64,000 nt of DNA from an uncultured Acidobacteriota bacterium (GTDB lineage Bacteria > Acidobacteriota > Thermoanaerobaculia > Multivoradales > SZUA-115). Shown piece by piece: positions 41,941-52,783 of this stretch. The position numbers and the translations under genes are program-made. The first letter of the stretch is position 1. Every line of letters starts with the position of its first letter. The stretch covers positions 832,001 to 896,000 of the forward strand of contig CAWDVR010000002.1 of the NCBI GenBank assembly GCA_963805975.1. The letters run 5' to 3'. The notes below the pieces were generated by a model that saw nothing but the letters and a program-made list of their open reading frames with translations, was not told where the DNA came from and searched no databases.

Positions 41941-42657
41941 GTGGAGCCCGCGCTCGAGACCGTGACGGTCCTGGTGGTGGACGACGACGCGGATGTGCGC
42001 CGGCTCGTCGGCTACACCTTGGAGCTCGAGGGCTTCGCGGTCGCCTCCGTGGCCTCCGCGCAGGAAGCGCTCGCCTGGATCGATCAGCACGGGCTCCCCC
42101 ACCTCGCGGTGGTCGACATCGTGATGCCCGGCGCCAGCGGGCTCGACTTCTGCCGCGCCGTGCAGCGCTTCAGCGACCTGCCGGTGATCCTCCTCACTGC
42201 CGTCCACGACGACGAGACCGTCATCCGCTCGATCGACGAGCTGGCCGAGGACTACGTCAAGAAGCCCTTCAACCCGCGCGAGCTCGCGGCGCGGGTCAAG
42301 CGCGTGCTGCGCCGGATCGGCGACTTCGCCTTTGCCGCGGCGCCCATCACCCGGATCGACCCCGGCCTCGCCATCGATTTCGCCCACCAGACGGCGCTGG
42401 TCGAGGATCGCCCCGTGCCGCTGACGCCGATCGAGGCGAAGCTGCTGCACATCCTGTCCCGCAGCGCTCGCCGCACCGTGCGCACCGACTATCTGCTGCG
42501 CCGGGTCTGGCCGCTCGAGGAGGTGTTCGAGGACACGCTCCGCGTCCACATCCACCGCCTGCGCCAGAAGATCGAGCCCGTGCCGGCCGAGCCCAAGTAC
42601 CTGATCACGCAGCGCGGCATGGGCTACTCGTTCCTGCCCGTCTCGCCGGCTTCCTGA
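41941..42657 (+). CDS. OmpR-family response regulator
   Basis: VLVVDDD, VDIVMPG, LLTA, DYVKKPF; winged helix LTPIEAKLL...LRVHIHRLRQKIE...TQRGMGY. Divergent from the kinase. Confidence 0.93.
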   Translation: MEPALETVTVLVVDDDADVRRLVGYTLELEGFAVASVASAQEALAWIDQHGLPHLAVVDIVMPGASGLDFCRAVQRFSDLPVILLTAVHDDETVIRSIDELAEDYVKKPFNPRELAARVKRVLRRIGDFAFAAAPITRIDPGLAIDFAHQTALVEDRPVPLTPIEAKLLHILSRSARRTVRTDYLLRRVWPLEEVFEDTLRVHIHRLRQKIEPVPAEPKYLITQRGMGYSFLPVSPAS

Positions 42658-42666
42658 GGCCTCCCC

Positions 42667-42695
42667 TTGTAGCCCACCGAAACCGCGGGTAGAAT
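42667..42695 (+). promoter_or_regulatory. Sigma70-type promoter for the tRNA
   Basis: TTGTAG-17nt-TAGAAT, 18 nt before the tRNA. Confidence 0.65.
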
Positions 42696-42713
42696 TCGCC
42701 TCCCGCTTTTCGT

Positions 42714-42789
42714 GGGGCAGTAGCTCAGCTGGGAGAGCACCACGTTCGCAACGTGGGGGTCGAGGGTTCGAATCCCTTCTGCTCCACCA
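42714..42789 (+). tRNA. tRNA-Ala(CGC)
   Basis: Acceptor GGGGCAG/CTGCTCC with G3:U70, D-arm AGCTCAGCTGGGAGAGC, anticodon arm CCACG-TTCGCAA-CGTGG, T-loop GTTCGAATC, encoded CCA; 76 nt. Confidence 0.98.
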
Positions 42790-42842
42790 TTTCCGACCTC
42801 ACTCTGCTGCAAGGCGCTGGCGCCCGCGCGCCGCACCGTTGG

Positions 42843-42858
42843 TGGCACCTCCATTGCA
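42843..42858 (+). promoter_or_regulatory. Sigma54 promoter upstream of katE
   Basis: TGGCAC-CTCCA-TTGCA matches TGGCAC-N5-TTGCW exactly, 28 nt before the ATG. Confidence 0.7.
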
Positions 42859-42886
42859 CTGTGTGTCTCGCAATGGAAGATCCGGC

Positions 42887-45226
42887 ATGAAGGACCCACG
42901 CCACGGCCGCCCTACGCCCGTCCCGACGGGGGCCTCCAAGAAAACCGCAGCGCGCCCGCCCGCAGAGGAAGCCCACGACCCGTTGCCTCCTCGGGTCCGT
43001 GACGCCGACGCGCTGGCTCGCGCCTTCCCATCCAACCCCGGCAAGCGACGCGAGTACGGAAACGGAGCACGGAAACCTCCCACCGGAGCCATCGCGGCCG
43101 ACTCCGAGATTCCTGGCAGCACGACCAGCGAGACGGCAAGCTCCGAGAAAACCGGGGGCCCCGCGAAGCGTGGTGTCCAGGCGGGACACGGCGCCCTGGA
43201 CCGCGTTCGTACCGACGCGGCCGGCCGGCCGCTGACCACCAACTTCGGGCAGCCGGTCGCTGACAATCAAAGCTCGCTGAAGGCCGGAAGTCGCGGCCCG
43301 GCTCTCCTCGAAGACTTCATCCTGCGGGAGAAGATCACCCACTTCGATCACGAGCGGATCCCCGAGCGAATCGTCCACGCTCGCGGTTCCGGGGCGCACG
43401 GTCTGTTCGAGTGCTATCAGTCGCTCGAGAACTACACCCGCGCCGCATTCCTTTCAGCCGCCGGCAAGCAGACACCGGTCTTCGTCCGTTTCTCCACCGT
43501 GGCGGGTGAGCGCGGGTCGACCGACACCGCCAGGGACGTACGCGGCTTCGCCACCAAGTTCTACACGGAAGAGGGCAATTTCGACATCGTCGGCAACAAC
43601 ATCCCGGTCTTTTTCATTCAAGACGCGATGAAGTTTCCCGACCTGGTGCACGCCGTGAAGCCGGAGCCCCACCATGGCATGCCCCAGGCCGCCAGCGCCC
43701 ACGACACCTTCTGGGACTTCGTCTCGCTGATGCCCGAGTCGACCCACATGCTCCTCTGGCTGATGTCCGACCGGGCCCTGCCGCGAAGCTTCCGGACCAT
43801 GCAGGGTTTCGGGGTTCACACCTTCCGCTTGGTGAACGCCCAGGGCAAGTCGCACTTCGCCAAGTTCCATTGGACGCCCGTGGCCGGGACCCATTCGCTC
43901 GACTGGGATGAATGCGTGAAGATCTCGGGCGCCGACCCCGACTACCATCGGCGCGACCTCTGGGAGTCCATCGAAGCGGGGGTCTTCCCCGAGTACGAGC
44001 TCGGCTTCCAGATCTTTACCGAGCGCCAGGCGGATACCTACGATTTCGACGTGCTCGACCCAACCAAGATCGTGCCCGAGGAGATCGTTCCGGTGACGCC
44101 GGTCGGTCGCATGCGATTGCATCGGAACCCCGACAATTTCTTCGCGGAGACCGAGCAGATCGCTTTCGGTGTCCAGAACTTGGTCCCCGGCTTCGACTTC
44201 TCGAACGACCCTCTGCTGGCCGGGCGCATTCACTCCTACTTCGATACCCAGCTCTCTCGCCTCGGCGGGCCGAACTTCCATGAGATTCCGATCAATTCGC
44301 CGCTCGCGCCGGTGCACAACAACCAGCGCGACGGGCTGCATCGCCAGGCGATCCCACGCGGGCGAGTGGCGTACGAGCCGAACTCCCTCGGTGGCGGCTG
44401 CCCGTACCAGGCGGGAGCTCAGGGGTTCACCTCGTTCCCGGAACCGGTAGAAGAAAGCAAGATGCGCGGCAAGCCGGAAAAGTTTGCCGAGCACTATGCC
44501 CAGGCGACTCTGTTCTGGAACAGCCAGGCGGCCTACGAGAAGCAGCACATCATCCGTGGCTTCCGCTTCGAGCTCACCAAGGTGGAGACTCCGGCGATCC
44601 GCGAGCGCACCGTCTCGATGCTGCGCAACGTGTCGGATGAGCTCGCGCAGGCCGTCGCGACGGGGCTCGGCATCGCACTTCCCCGAGCGATGCCGCGGCT
44701 GGTGCCCCCTGTATCCGCCATCCGTGAATCGCCGGCGCTGTCGCTGACCTCCCGGCCCGGCGACGGTTCGATCCGCGGCCGGAAAGTCGCGATCGTCGTC
44801 GCGCCGGGCATGGAGGCGAAGTCCGTGGCCTCGGCCGAGGCGGCCCTCCTCGCACGGGGCGTGATCGTCCGCAAGGTCGCTGCGCGGCTCGGGAACGTCA
44901 AATTGTCGAGCGGCGTCCTGGTCCAGCCGGAGGTCACGTTCGAGACCTCGCCTTCGATTCTCTACGACGGCGTCGTCGTTCCCGACGGCGAGAGCGCGGT
45001 CGCGGCGCTCGCTGAGCTGGGGCAGGCGATCGACTTCGTCAAGGACGCCTATCGGCACTGCAAGCCGATCCTGCTCATGGGAGCGGGCGCGAAGCTCGCG
45101 GAAGCCGCGCGAATTCCGACCGACGACGAGGGCGACTGGGCCCTGGTGCGCAAGACGGGACCGTTCATCGAGGCCCTCGTGAGACACCGCAACTGGGACC
45201 GCGCGATCGACCCGCCCGCCGTGTGA
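42887..45226 (+). CDS. katE: Large-subunit monofunctional catalase (HPII)
   Basis: FDHERIPERIVHARGSGAHG, VRFSTVAGERGS, GNNIPVFFIQDAMKFPD, RIHSYFDTQLSRLGG, C-terminal DJ-1-like domain (YRHCKPI). Confidence 0.97.
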   Translation: MKDPRHGRPTPVPTGASKKTAARPPAEEAHDPLPPRVRDADALARAFPSNPGKRREYGNGARKPPTGAIAADSEIPGSTTSETASSEKTGGPAKRGVQAGHGALDRVRTDAAGRPLTTNFGQPVADNQSSLKAGSRGPALLEDFILREKITHFDHERIPERIVHARGSGAHGLFECYQSLENYTRAAFLSAAGKQTPVFVRFSTVAGERGSTDTARDVRGFATKFYTEEGNFDIVGNNIPVFFIQDAMKFPDLVHAVKPEPHHGMPQAASAHDTFWDFVSLMPESTHMLLWLMSDRALPRSFRTMQGFGVHTFRLVNAQGKSHFAKFHWTPVAGTHSLDWDECVKISGADPDYHRRDLWESIEAGVFPEYELGFQIFTERQADTYDFDVLDPTKIVPEEIVPVTPVGRMRLHRNPDNFFAETEQIAFGVQNLVPGFDFSNDPLLAGRIHSYFDTQLSRLGGPNFHEIPINSPLAPVHNNQRDGLHRQAIPRGRVAYEPNSLGGGCPYQAGAQGFTSFPEPVEESKMRGKPEKFAEHYAQATLFWNSQAAYEKQHIIRGFRFELTKVETPAIRERTVSMLRNVSDELAQAVATGLGIALPRAMPRLVPPVSAIRESPALSLTSRPGDGSIRGRKVAIVVAPGMEAKSVASAEAALLARGVIVRKVAARLGNVKLSSGVLVQPEVTFETSPSILYDGVVVPDGESAVAALAELGQAIDFVKDAYRHCKPILLMGAGAKLAEAARIPTDDEGDWALVRKTGPFIEALVRHRNWDRAIDPPAV

Positions 45227-45244
45227 CCGGCGTGGCCCGCTACC

Positions 45245-46508
<1,264 letters not shown>

Positions 46509-46512
<4 letters not shown>

Positions 46513-46919
46513 TGGAGGTCCCGGCGCGAGCTCATGACCTCCCGCACCTCGATCCACAGGTGCTCGACCCGCTCGCCGCCGGCGGACGTGATCGGAGCGC
46601 CTGGCGCGGTCGACGCCTCCGCGGCGATCTCGTAGGCGCGCTCGGGGCTGTCCACGTCCACGATCCAGTAGCCCGCGAGGAACTCCTTGGACTCGGGGAA
46701 GACGCCGTCGGTGATCGGCTTGCCGTCCTTGCCCGCGCGCACCCGCTTCGCCTGGACCGGCGACGCCAGCCCTTCGGTCGCCACCAGCTCGCCCGCGGCG
46801 CGCAGCTTCTGGGTGAACTCGCCCATGAAGGCCATGTTCGCTTCGAGGATCTCCTTCGGCCAGCTCATGTACTGGGCGTAGCCGTCGCGCGGGCTGTTCA
46901 TGATCAGCATGAATTTCAT
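46509..46919 (-). CDS. YciI/DGPF family protein
   Basis: MKFMLIM...GEL...GL...ITDGVFPESKEFLAGYWIVDVDS...IEVREVM; AAAGGAG RBS. Confidence 0.9.
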
Positions 46920-46974
46920 GACGTGGGCTCCTTTGCACATCGGCGGCCCGGAATGGGACCGCCTTCACGAGTAG

Positions 46975-47001
46975 GTCGGAGCCGGGAGCGGGCTTTCGAC
47001 A
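46975..47001 (-). promoter_or_regulatory. ECF42-type autoregulatory promoter
   Basis: Minus strand TGTCGA-17nt-CGAC directly upstream of the YciI-ECF operon, matching the TGTCGA / CG(A/T)C motif known for this sigma group. Confidence 0.7.
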
Positions 47002-47110
47002 TCGGCGCCGATTTTCTCAAGAAAAAGGATCTGGGAACGGCCGAGCGCCGCAAGCGCGGCCAAGACGGCTATCCTCCGGGCGCGATCACTTCGAGGAAGG
47101 ATGGAACAGA

Positions 47111-48025
47111 ATGCGGGAAGAAAGCTTCGACGCGATCGTCGTGGGAGGCGGGCCGGCCGGACTCTCGGCCGCGCTCTGGCTCGGGCGGTGCCGTCGTCGC
47201 GTGCTGTTGGTCGATGCCGGCCGCGGACGGAACGCGGCCGCCCGCGGCCTCCACGGCCTTCTGTCACGCGACGGGCTGGCGCCCGAAAAGCTCCGGGAGC
47301 TCGGCCGGGAAGAGCTCGCGCGCTACCGTGTCGCCGTCCGCGACGGTACCGTGATCGCCGCGCGCCGTCGCGAGACCGGCTTCGAGCTGGAGCTCGAGTC
47401 GGGGGAAAGCCTCGCGGCCCGCAAGCTGGTGCTGGCCACGGGGGTCTACGATCGGCTGCCGGAGATCGACGGGCTCGAAAAACGCTACGGCAAGAGCGTC
47501 CATCACTGCCCTTACTGCGACGCCTGGGAGCACCAGGACCAGGCGCTCGCGGTCTACGGGCGCGCCAAGGCCGGGTTTGCCCTGGCGCGCAAGCTCACGA
47601 ACTGGTCCGCCGACGTCATCCTCTGCACCGACGGTGCATCGGGTCTCCGGGCGAACGAGCGGCGCGAGCTCGAGCGGCTCGGCATCACGGTGCACAGCGG
47701 GCGGATCACCGGGCTCGAGGGTGCTGGCGCGAGCCTCGAGCGGATCCGGTTCGCTGACGGCTCGGCACTCGAACGCCGCGCACTGTTCTTCACCCTGGGC
47801 TGGGAGCTGTGCTCTACGCTCGCCCTCGACCTCGGCTGCCGACTCACACGCAAGGGTTGCATCGCCACCGACGACCACCAGCAGACTCAGGTGCCCGGGC
47901 TCTACGTCGTCGGTGATGCCTCGCGCGACGTCCAGCTCGTCGTCCTCGCGGCTGCGGAGGGTACCAAAGCCGCCCTTCACCTCCACGAGCAGATGGTCGA
48001 GGAGGACGCGGCACAGCACGGGTAG
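47111..48025 (+). CDS. FAD/NAD(P)-dependent disulfide oxidoreductase, thioredoxin-reductase-like
   Basis: VGGGPAGLSAA, LVLATG, HCPYCDAWE (CxxC), VPGLYVVGDA. Confidence 0.9.
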   Translation: MREESFDAIVVGGGPAGLSAALWLGRCRRRVLLVDAGRGRNAAARGLHGLLSRDGLAPEKLRELGREELARYRVAVRDGTVIAARRRETGFELELESGESLAARKLVLATGVYDRLPEIDGLEKRYGKSVHHCPYCDAWEHQDQALAVYGRAKAGFALARKLTNWSADVILCTDGASGLRANERRELERLGITVHSGRITGLEGAGASLERIRFADGSALERRALFFTLGWELCSTLALDLGCRLTRKGCIATDDHQQTQVPGLYVVGDASRDVQLVVLAAAEGTKAALHLHEQMVEEDAAQHG

Positions 48026-48111
48026 GCTCGTCAGACAGTGTACTGAGCGTAACTGTCGCGTGGCCGCGGCCCGGAACGGGCCCCCTCAAGCTCGACGAAC
48101 AGACATTGGAC

Positions 48112-49077
48112 CTAGAGCCGACCCGGACCAACTATCGTGCCGTCGCTCCCGTCACCCCATTCGTGGTACTCCCCAAGAGCGCAGGCGACAGCGGTAAGGA
48201 AGGCGATGCCGCTATCGATTGGGTCGTCGAATGCCTTGGACTTGCGCACCTGCCCATCGCGAGGCCTCGCGCAATGATCGACGGCGTTGGTGGCAATCTG
48301 GTCGATCCAGGCACTTGCTATCTCGGCCGGGAGGCCGCCGGCGCACAACGGAACGAGAAAGCCCTGGAGAGGACGCCGGGCGATAGCGCTGGCATCGTCG
48401 AGCGCGAGACTTCGAGGCGTCTTTGCCTTGTAGGCGCGGACAGTCGACGAGTCGAGCTCGCCGTAGGCACCCAGGACGCCTAGCGCCCAGATTGCTTCCG
48501 ACGGGAACACCTCCACAAGCCCGCGCGGTGAGGCTGGGCCTCCTAGGTACGGCGACAGGTCAGTCACGGTTTCCGCTCGTAGGGCGTCTACGGCGCGAGC
48601 GATCCGACATGGGACCGGGCTGCCTGCTTGAATCCGAAGGTCTGGGTTCCACGCCTTGCGCTTCTCTGGCTCGAGCCTGCTCATGTACTCACGGAGCGCT
48701 CGTTCGGCCGTACGTTGCTCGCAGCCAGTGCACTGATCGCGCGCGATCACCTTGAGGCGAGGCGGTTGGTCGCGCCGCTCACGACACGTGAGCGGCGCGT
48801 CGAAGGCAACGACGACGTGGTCAACGTTGCGATGGCGGGCAATGGTGGCAAGGATTGCGGCACAAAGAAACTCGCCGTCTGGATCGAAGTTCGGCTCTGT
48901 GGAGCATGACGCGCGCGGATTGGGGCACCCGCCCAAGCTGAGGCGCTGGATCGGATGAAGCGTGAGGTCAGCGAGCGTCGCCGAGACGATTGTTTCCCAC
49001 CGGCTGGCAGGTTGACGGCCGCCACCCCACCAGGTGACGTCAACACCAATACAGAGGACTCGGGGTAGCTGGCCCAC
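48112..49077 (-). CDS. DUF429-like predicted nuclease (RNase H-like fold)
   Basis: IGVDVTW, VAFDAPL, LVEVFPSEA, DDPIDSGIA, GDGSDGTIVGP motif series; more A/T-rich than its flanks. Confidence 0.7.
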   Translation of the reverse strand: MGQLPRVLCIGVDVTWWGGGRQPASRWETIVSATLADLTLHPIQRLSLGGCPNPRASCSTEPNFDPDGEFLCAAILATIARHRNVDHVVVAFDAPLTCRERRDQPPRLKVIARDQCTGCEQRTAERALREYMSRLEPEKRKAWNPDLRIQAGSPVPCRIARAVDALRAETVTDLSPYLGGPASPRGLVEVFPSEAIWALGVLGAYGELDSSTVRAYKAKTPRSLALDDASAIARRPLQGFLVPLCAGGLPAEIASAWIDQIATNAVDHCARPRDGQVRKSKAFDDPIDSGIAFLTAVACALGEYHEWGDGSDGTIVGPGRL

Positions 49078-49097
49078 TAGGCACTCACCACCACGGT

Positions 49098-49484
49098 CTA
49101 GACCCTACGCACCGGCCCGGGGTAGCGGGCCAGTTGCGCGTCGCTTGTGAGCAGGGTGATGCCCTCGACCAGCGCTTGGGCCAACAGCAGGCGGTCGAAC
49201 GGGTCCTTGTGGAGAGGTGGGAGGCCATCGATGCTCACCGCATGCTGGCTCGTGACCGGCAGCTCGGTGTAGCCGTTGTCGAGCAACCCGCGGCGCAGGA
49301 GGCGAGGCTCGACGCGCAGGTCATCGCGCCCCAAGGTGTTCTTGATGGCGATCTCCCAAAGGCTCGCGGCACTGAAGAGCAGCTCGTTGCGCGGCTCGTC
49401 GAGCAGCTCCCGCGCCGTCGTGGAAAGCCGCTCGGGCTGGCCGGCCGCCCAGAGCAGGAGGTGGGTGTCCAGAAGGAGCTTCAC
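49098..49484 (-). CDS. vapC: PIN-domain toxin VapC
   Basis: LLLDTHLLLW, SAASLWEIAIK, HKDPFDRLLLAQA, LLTSD. Confidence 0.93.
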   Translation of the reverse strand: MKLLLDTHLLLWAAGQPERLSTTARELLDEPRNELLFSAASLWEIAIKNTLGRDDLRVEPRLLRRGLLDNGYTELPVTSQHAVSIDGLPPLHKDPFDRLLLAQALVEGITLLTSDAQLARYPGPVRRV

Positions 49485-49720
49485 GCCTCGACCCCGAACA
49501 GGGCCGCGATCTCGGCTTCACCCATGCGGTCGAAGTCCTCGGGCACGGCGATCTCGCCTGCCAGAAAGCCCAGCCGCAACGGGGCCACGGGCGCGTCGAG
49601 CGCCGCCACCTTCACCAGCGGCTTGCCCGCCTTGGCGATCACGAACGGCTCGCCTTTGGCGGCCTGCTCCACAAGCTTCGAGAGCTGTGTCTTGGCTTCA
49701 TGGACGTTGACGGTGACCAT
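49481..49720 (-). CDS. Phd/YefM family antitoxin
   Basis: VNVHEAKTQLSKLVEQAAKGEPFVIAKAGKPLVKV; GTGA overlap with the toxin; GAGGA RBS. Confidence 0.93.
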   Translation of the reverse strand: MVTVNVHEAKTQLSKLVEQAAKGEPFVIAKAGKPLVKVAALDAPVAPLRLGFLAGEIAVPEDFDRMGEAEIAALFGVEA

Positions 49721-49733
49721 CTGATTCCTCCGC

Positions 49734-49782
49734 GGACTAAGTCGAGTGGACTAAGTCTAGGCGCCGGCATCCGGCTCGTCAA
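49734..49782 (-). promoter_or_regulatory. TA promoter with tandem palindromic operators
   Basis: Minus strand TTGACG-17nt-TAGACT; two GGACTAAGTC copies (49734-49743, 49748-49757) overlap the -10/+1 region. Confidence 0.75.
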
Positions 49783-49830
49783 CCGCTCTACTCATCGACA
49801 GGGAGCGAAGCCCGCACTCCAGGTTGGGGC

Positions 49831-49867
49831 TTGACAACCTCTCTCATCGTATGTAACCTAATGGTTA
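49831..49867 (+). promoter_or_regulatory. ArsR operon promoter and operator
   Basis: TTGACA-17nt-TAACCT, with palindrome TAACC-TAAT-GGTTA (49854-49867) over the -10 element. Confidence 0.75.
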
Positions 49868-50244
49868 TGGAACTCTCTGGTTATGGAAAGGCCGACTCCG
49901 AGCGCCTCGACGCGACCTTCGCGGCGCTGGCCGACCCCACGCGGCGGGCGATCCTCGCCCGGCTGGCTACGGGGGAGGCGTCGGTGGCGGAGCTGGCCGA
50001 GCCGTTCGCGATGAGCCAGCCCGCGATCTCCAAGCACCTGAAGGTGCTGGAGCGCGCCGGCCTGATCTCGCAGGGCATCGACGCCCAGCGCCGGCCGCGC
50101 CGGCTGGAGGCCCAGCCCCTCGCCGAGGCCACCGCCTGGTTGGAAAAGTACCGCGAGTTCTGGGAGGGCTCTTTCCTGCGCCTGGACGCCCTGCTCGACG
50201 AATTGAAGGCAAACGACAAAAAAACTCGACGAACCAAGGACTAG
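49867..50244 (+). CDS. ArsR/SmtB family transcriptional regulator
   Basis: LDATFAALADPTRRAILARLA...MSQPAISKHLKVLERAGLI; start at 49861 or 49867. Confidence 0.92.
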   Translation: MELSGYGKADSERLDATFAALADPTRRAILARLATGEASVAELAEPFAMSQPAISKHLKVLERAGLISQGIDAQRRPRRLEAQPLAEATAWLEKYREFWEGSFLRLDALLDELKANDKKTRRTKD

Positions 50245-50255
50245 AGGAGACTGCG

Positions 50256-50747
50256 ATGAACGGAAAGGCAAAGCTGGAGATCACCACCCCCACCGAGCGC
50301 GAGATCGTGATGACGCGCGCCTTCGATGCGCCGCGGCACCTCGTCTTCGATGCCTGGACCCAGCCCGAGCTGGTGCGCCAGTGGATGCTGGGGCCCGACG
50401 GCTGGACGATGCCGGTCTGCGAGATCGACCTCCGGGTGGGCGGCAAGTATCGTTACGTATGGCGGCGCGAGTCCACCGCCAGCGAGATGGGCCTGAGCGG
50501 CACGTTCCGCGAGGTCCAGGCGCCGGAACGGCTGGTCTCGACCGAGATCTTCGACGAGGACTGGACCGGCGGCGAGGCGCTGAGCACCCTCGTCCTCACC
50601 GAGCGGGACGGCAAGACGACGGCGACGAACACCGTGCTCTACGCCTCCGGGGAAGCCCGTGACGGGGCGCTCAAGAGCGGCATGGCGGACGGCGTCTCCG
50701 TGGGCTACGACCGGCTCGACGAGGTGCTGGCCGAGATGGCGGCGTAA
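50256..50747 (+). CDS. SRPBCC/AHSA1 domain protein
   Basis: EIVMTRAFDAPRHLVFDAWTQPELVRQW...CEIDLRVGGKYRYVW...PERLVSTE. Confidence 0.92.
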   Translation: MNGKAKLEITTPTEREIVMTRAFDAPRHLVFDAWTQPELVRQWMLGPDGWTMPVCEIDLRVGGKYRYVWRRESTASEMGLSGTFREVQAPERLVSTEIFDEDWTGGEALSTLVLTERDGKTTATNTVLYASGEARDGALKSGMADGVSVGYDRLDEVLAEMAA

Positions 50748-50765
50748 AGAAAGCGGAGACTCTCG

Positions 50766-51500
50766 ATGCCCACGGGAACGACGAAGCCGCAGCGCGCCAC
50801 GCCCGCCTCCTCCTCGCAAGTGGAGAAGGGCGCGATCGACCAGCAGGTCCGGGAAGCGCTCGCCTGGCTCGAGAGCCACGCCACCCGGCACACCCTCGAG
50901 GGCATGGCGCGCTATGGCCTCCCATCGGACCACGCGTTGGGTGTCTCGGTGTCCGACATCCAGGCGCTCGCCAAGCGCCTGGGGCGCAACCACGAGCTTG
51001 CCCTCGCGCTCTGGGGCACCGGCGTCTACGAGGCCCGCATGCTGTGCTCTTACATCGACGAGCCGGCGAAGGTCACCGCCGCACAGATGGACCGCTGGTG
51101 TCGCGACTTCGACAACTGGGGGATCTGCGACACCCTCTGCTTCTGCCTCTTCGACCGCACGCCGCACGCCTGGGCGAAGGTCACGGAGTGGAGCGTCAAG
51201 CGCGACGAGTTCGGCAAGCGCGCGGCGTTCGCTCTCCTTGCCAGCCTCGCCGGGCACGACAAGAAGGCGGGCGACGAGCCCTTCCTCGAAGGCCTGGCGC
51301 TGATCGAGCACGCCGCCGGCGACGAGCGGAACTTCGTCAAGAAAGGCGTGCTCTGGGCCCTGCGCCGGATCGGCGGTCGCAACGCCACGCTCCAGGCCGC
51401 CGCGGTGGCGGTGGCCCGGCGCCTGGCGGATTCACCGCAAGCCGCGGCGCGCTGGGTGGGGAAGAGCGCGCTCAAGGAGCTCGGCCGGGCGAAGAAATGA
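50766..51500 (+). CDS. DNA alkylation repair protein (AlkD-like)
   Basis: HELALALWGTGVYEARML, DFDNWGICD, DERNFVKKGVLWALRRIG. Confidence 0.88.
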   Translation: MPTGTTKPQRATPASSSQVEKGAIDQQVREALAWLESHATRHTLEGMARYGLPSDHALGVSVSDIQALAKRLGRNHELALALWGTGVYEARMLCSYIDEPAKVTAAQMDRWCRDFDNWGICDTLCFCLFDRTPHAWAKVTEWSVKRDEFGKRAAFALLASLAGHDKKAGDEPFLEGLALIEHAAGDERNFVKKGVLWALRRIGGRNATLQAAAVAVARRLADSPQAAARWVGKSALKELGRAKK

Positions 51501-51936
51501 GCACGACGCCCACACGCACACTCGAACCGTAGAGAAACTCCTCATGATCGACCCGCCCAGCCCAGAATCGCTGGTACAGATCCTGCGCGATCACCCGTAT
51601 TCCATCCACCCCGGGACGAGTTCCACAACCTCCTCCTGGCCCGCTTCCCGCGAGCTTGCCAGCCGCCCTTGCCGCCGCCGTCGCCCCCCACGGCCTCCCG
51701 GGGCGAGCCGCGAGGAAGGCGAGCTACCGGCTCGGTCTCGCCCTATCGGCCGGGCGGTGCCAGGGGCCGCCTTCCTCCCGCCGCAGATCCACACGGCAAC
51801 ATGTACCGAGCCAGCGGGAAGAACCTGCACGCGCAAGCATGTACTCCCGCTCGGTACCCCGTGGCGGCCGGCGATCGGGAGACCGTCGAGCGGCGTCGCG
51901 ATGCGGGAGGCGGCACCAAGCCTCCGAGCGGCGTCG

Positions 51937-51952
51937 CGGCACCTTTCTTGCT
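51937..51952 (+). promoter_or_regulatory. Putative sigma54 promoter upstream of the ECF sigma and CBS genes
   Basis: CGGCAC-CTTTC-TTGCT with GG-N10-GC spacing, about 80 nt before ATG 52034. Confidence 0.6.
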
Positions 51953-52033
51953 TTTGCAGCTACCGGCTCGCTCGAAGATTGTCACCACGAGAACCTGGAG
52001 CCCGAGAGGGTTGGCCTGCCAAGTCACGAGATC

Positions 52034-52708
52034 ATGATCCCAGACATCCAGCGCGTCACTCCCGAGACCTCGCCGTTCGCCCGCGGCGCTGGTGGAGCGG
52101 CAGCGACCCTTCTCGCCTTCCGGCCCGGCCTGCCTCCCGGTCCGGCCGACCTCGAGCTGATCGAGCGCCTGGCGGCCGGCGATGAGACCGCGCTAGCGGC
52201 TCTCTACGACCGCTACGCCAGTCAGATCCTGGGCTTTCTGACGCGCCTGCTGGGGCCCGGCGGCGAAGCGGAGGAGGTGCTGCAAGAGGTCTTCCTGCAG
52301 GCTTGGCGGCAGGCTGGCAGCTACCGGCGCGAGCTGTCCTCGCCGCGCGGCTGGCTGCTGATGCGCGCCCGCTCGCGCGCCCTCGACCGCCTGAGGTCGG
52401 CGCAAGCGAGCCGCTGGCGTGAAGAGGCTGTGTGCACCGAAGAAGCGCAGACAGTCGCTCCGATCGGCTGCGACCGCCTGGAGAGCGGCGAGCGCCGGCC
52501 GCAGTTGCGCTTGGCGCTGGGCGAGCTGTCTTCCGGCCAGCGCCTTGCCATCGAGCTGGCCTTCTTCGAGGGGCTCTCCCATACCCAGATCGCCGCCCGT
52601 CTCGGGGCGCCGCTCGGCACCGTCAAGTCGCGGGTGCTCCTCGGCATGCGGAAGCTGCGACAGCTCTTGGCGCCCGGGCAGGCGGCCGCTGTCGCCTCGA
52701 CGCCTTGA
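52034..52708 (+). CDS. ECF RNA polymerase sigma factor (SigK-like)
   Basis: GDETALAALYDRY, AEEVLQEVFLQAWRQA, WLLMRARSRALDRLR, LAFFEGLSHTQIA...PLGTVKSR. Confidence 0.9.
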   Translation: MIPDIQRVTPETSPFARGAGGAAATLLAFRPGLPPGPADLELIERLAAGDETALAALYDRYASQILGFLTRLLGPGGEAEEVLQEVFLQAWRQAGSYRRELSSPRGWLLMRARSRALDRLRSAQASRWREEAVCTEEAQTVAPIGCDRLESGERRPQLRLALGELSSGQRLAIELAFFEGLSHTQIAARLGAPLGTVKSRVLLGMRKLRQLLAPGQAAAVASTP

Positions 52709-52783
52709 CCCAGCCCGAGCCGAGACTCACAGCCGTTCGAGAGATTCATCATCGACACAGGGCCAAAGGCCCAAGGAGGTGCC

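Noticed and set aside
40011-42657. Kinase/regulator pair as PhoR/PhoB
   Set aside because: Divergent layout, a multi-TM sensor, and a recognition helix (DTLRVHIHRLRQKIE) unlike PhoB's RTVDVHIRRLR; no Pho box nearby.
49664-49672. CTGCTCCAC match to the tRNA-Ala 3' end as a possible attR
   Set aside because: Only 9 bp, inside the antitoxin coding sequence, and no integrase is present.
51544-52033. ORFs 51544..52185 and the N-terminal extension of 51656..52708
   Set aside because: Low-complexity translation with no motifs; sigma homology begins only after ATG 52034.
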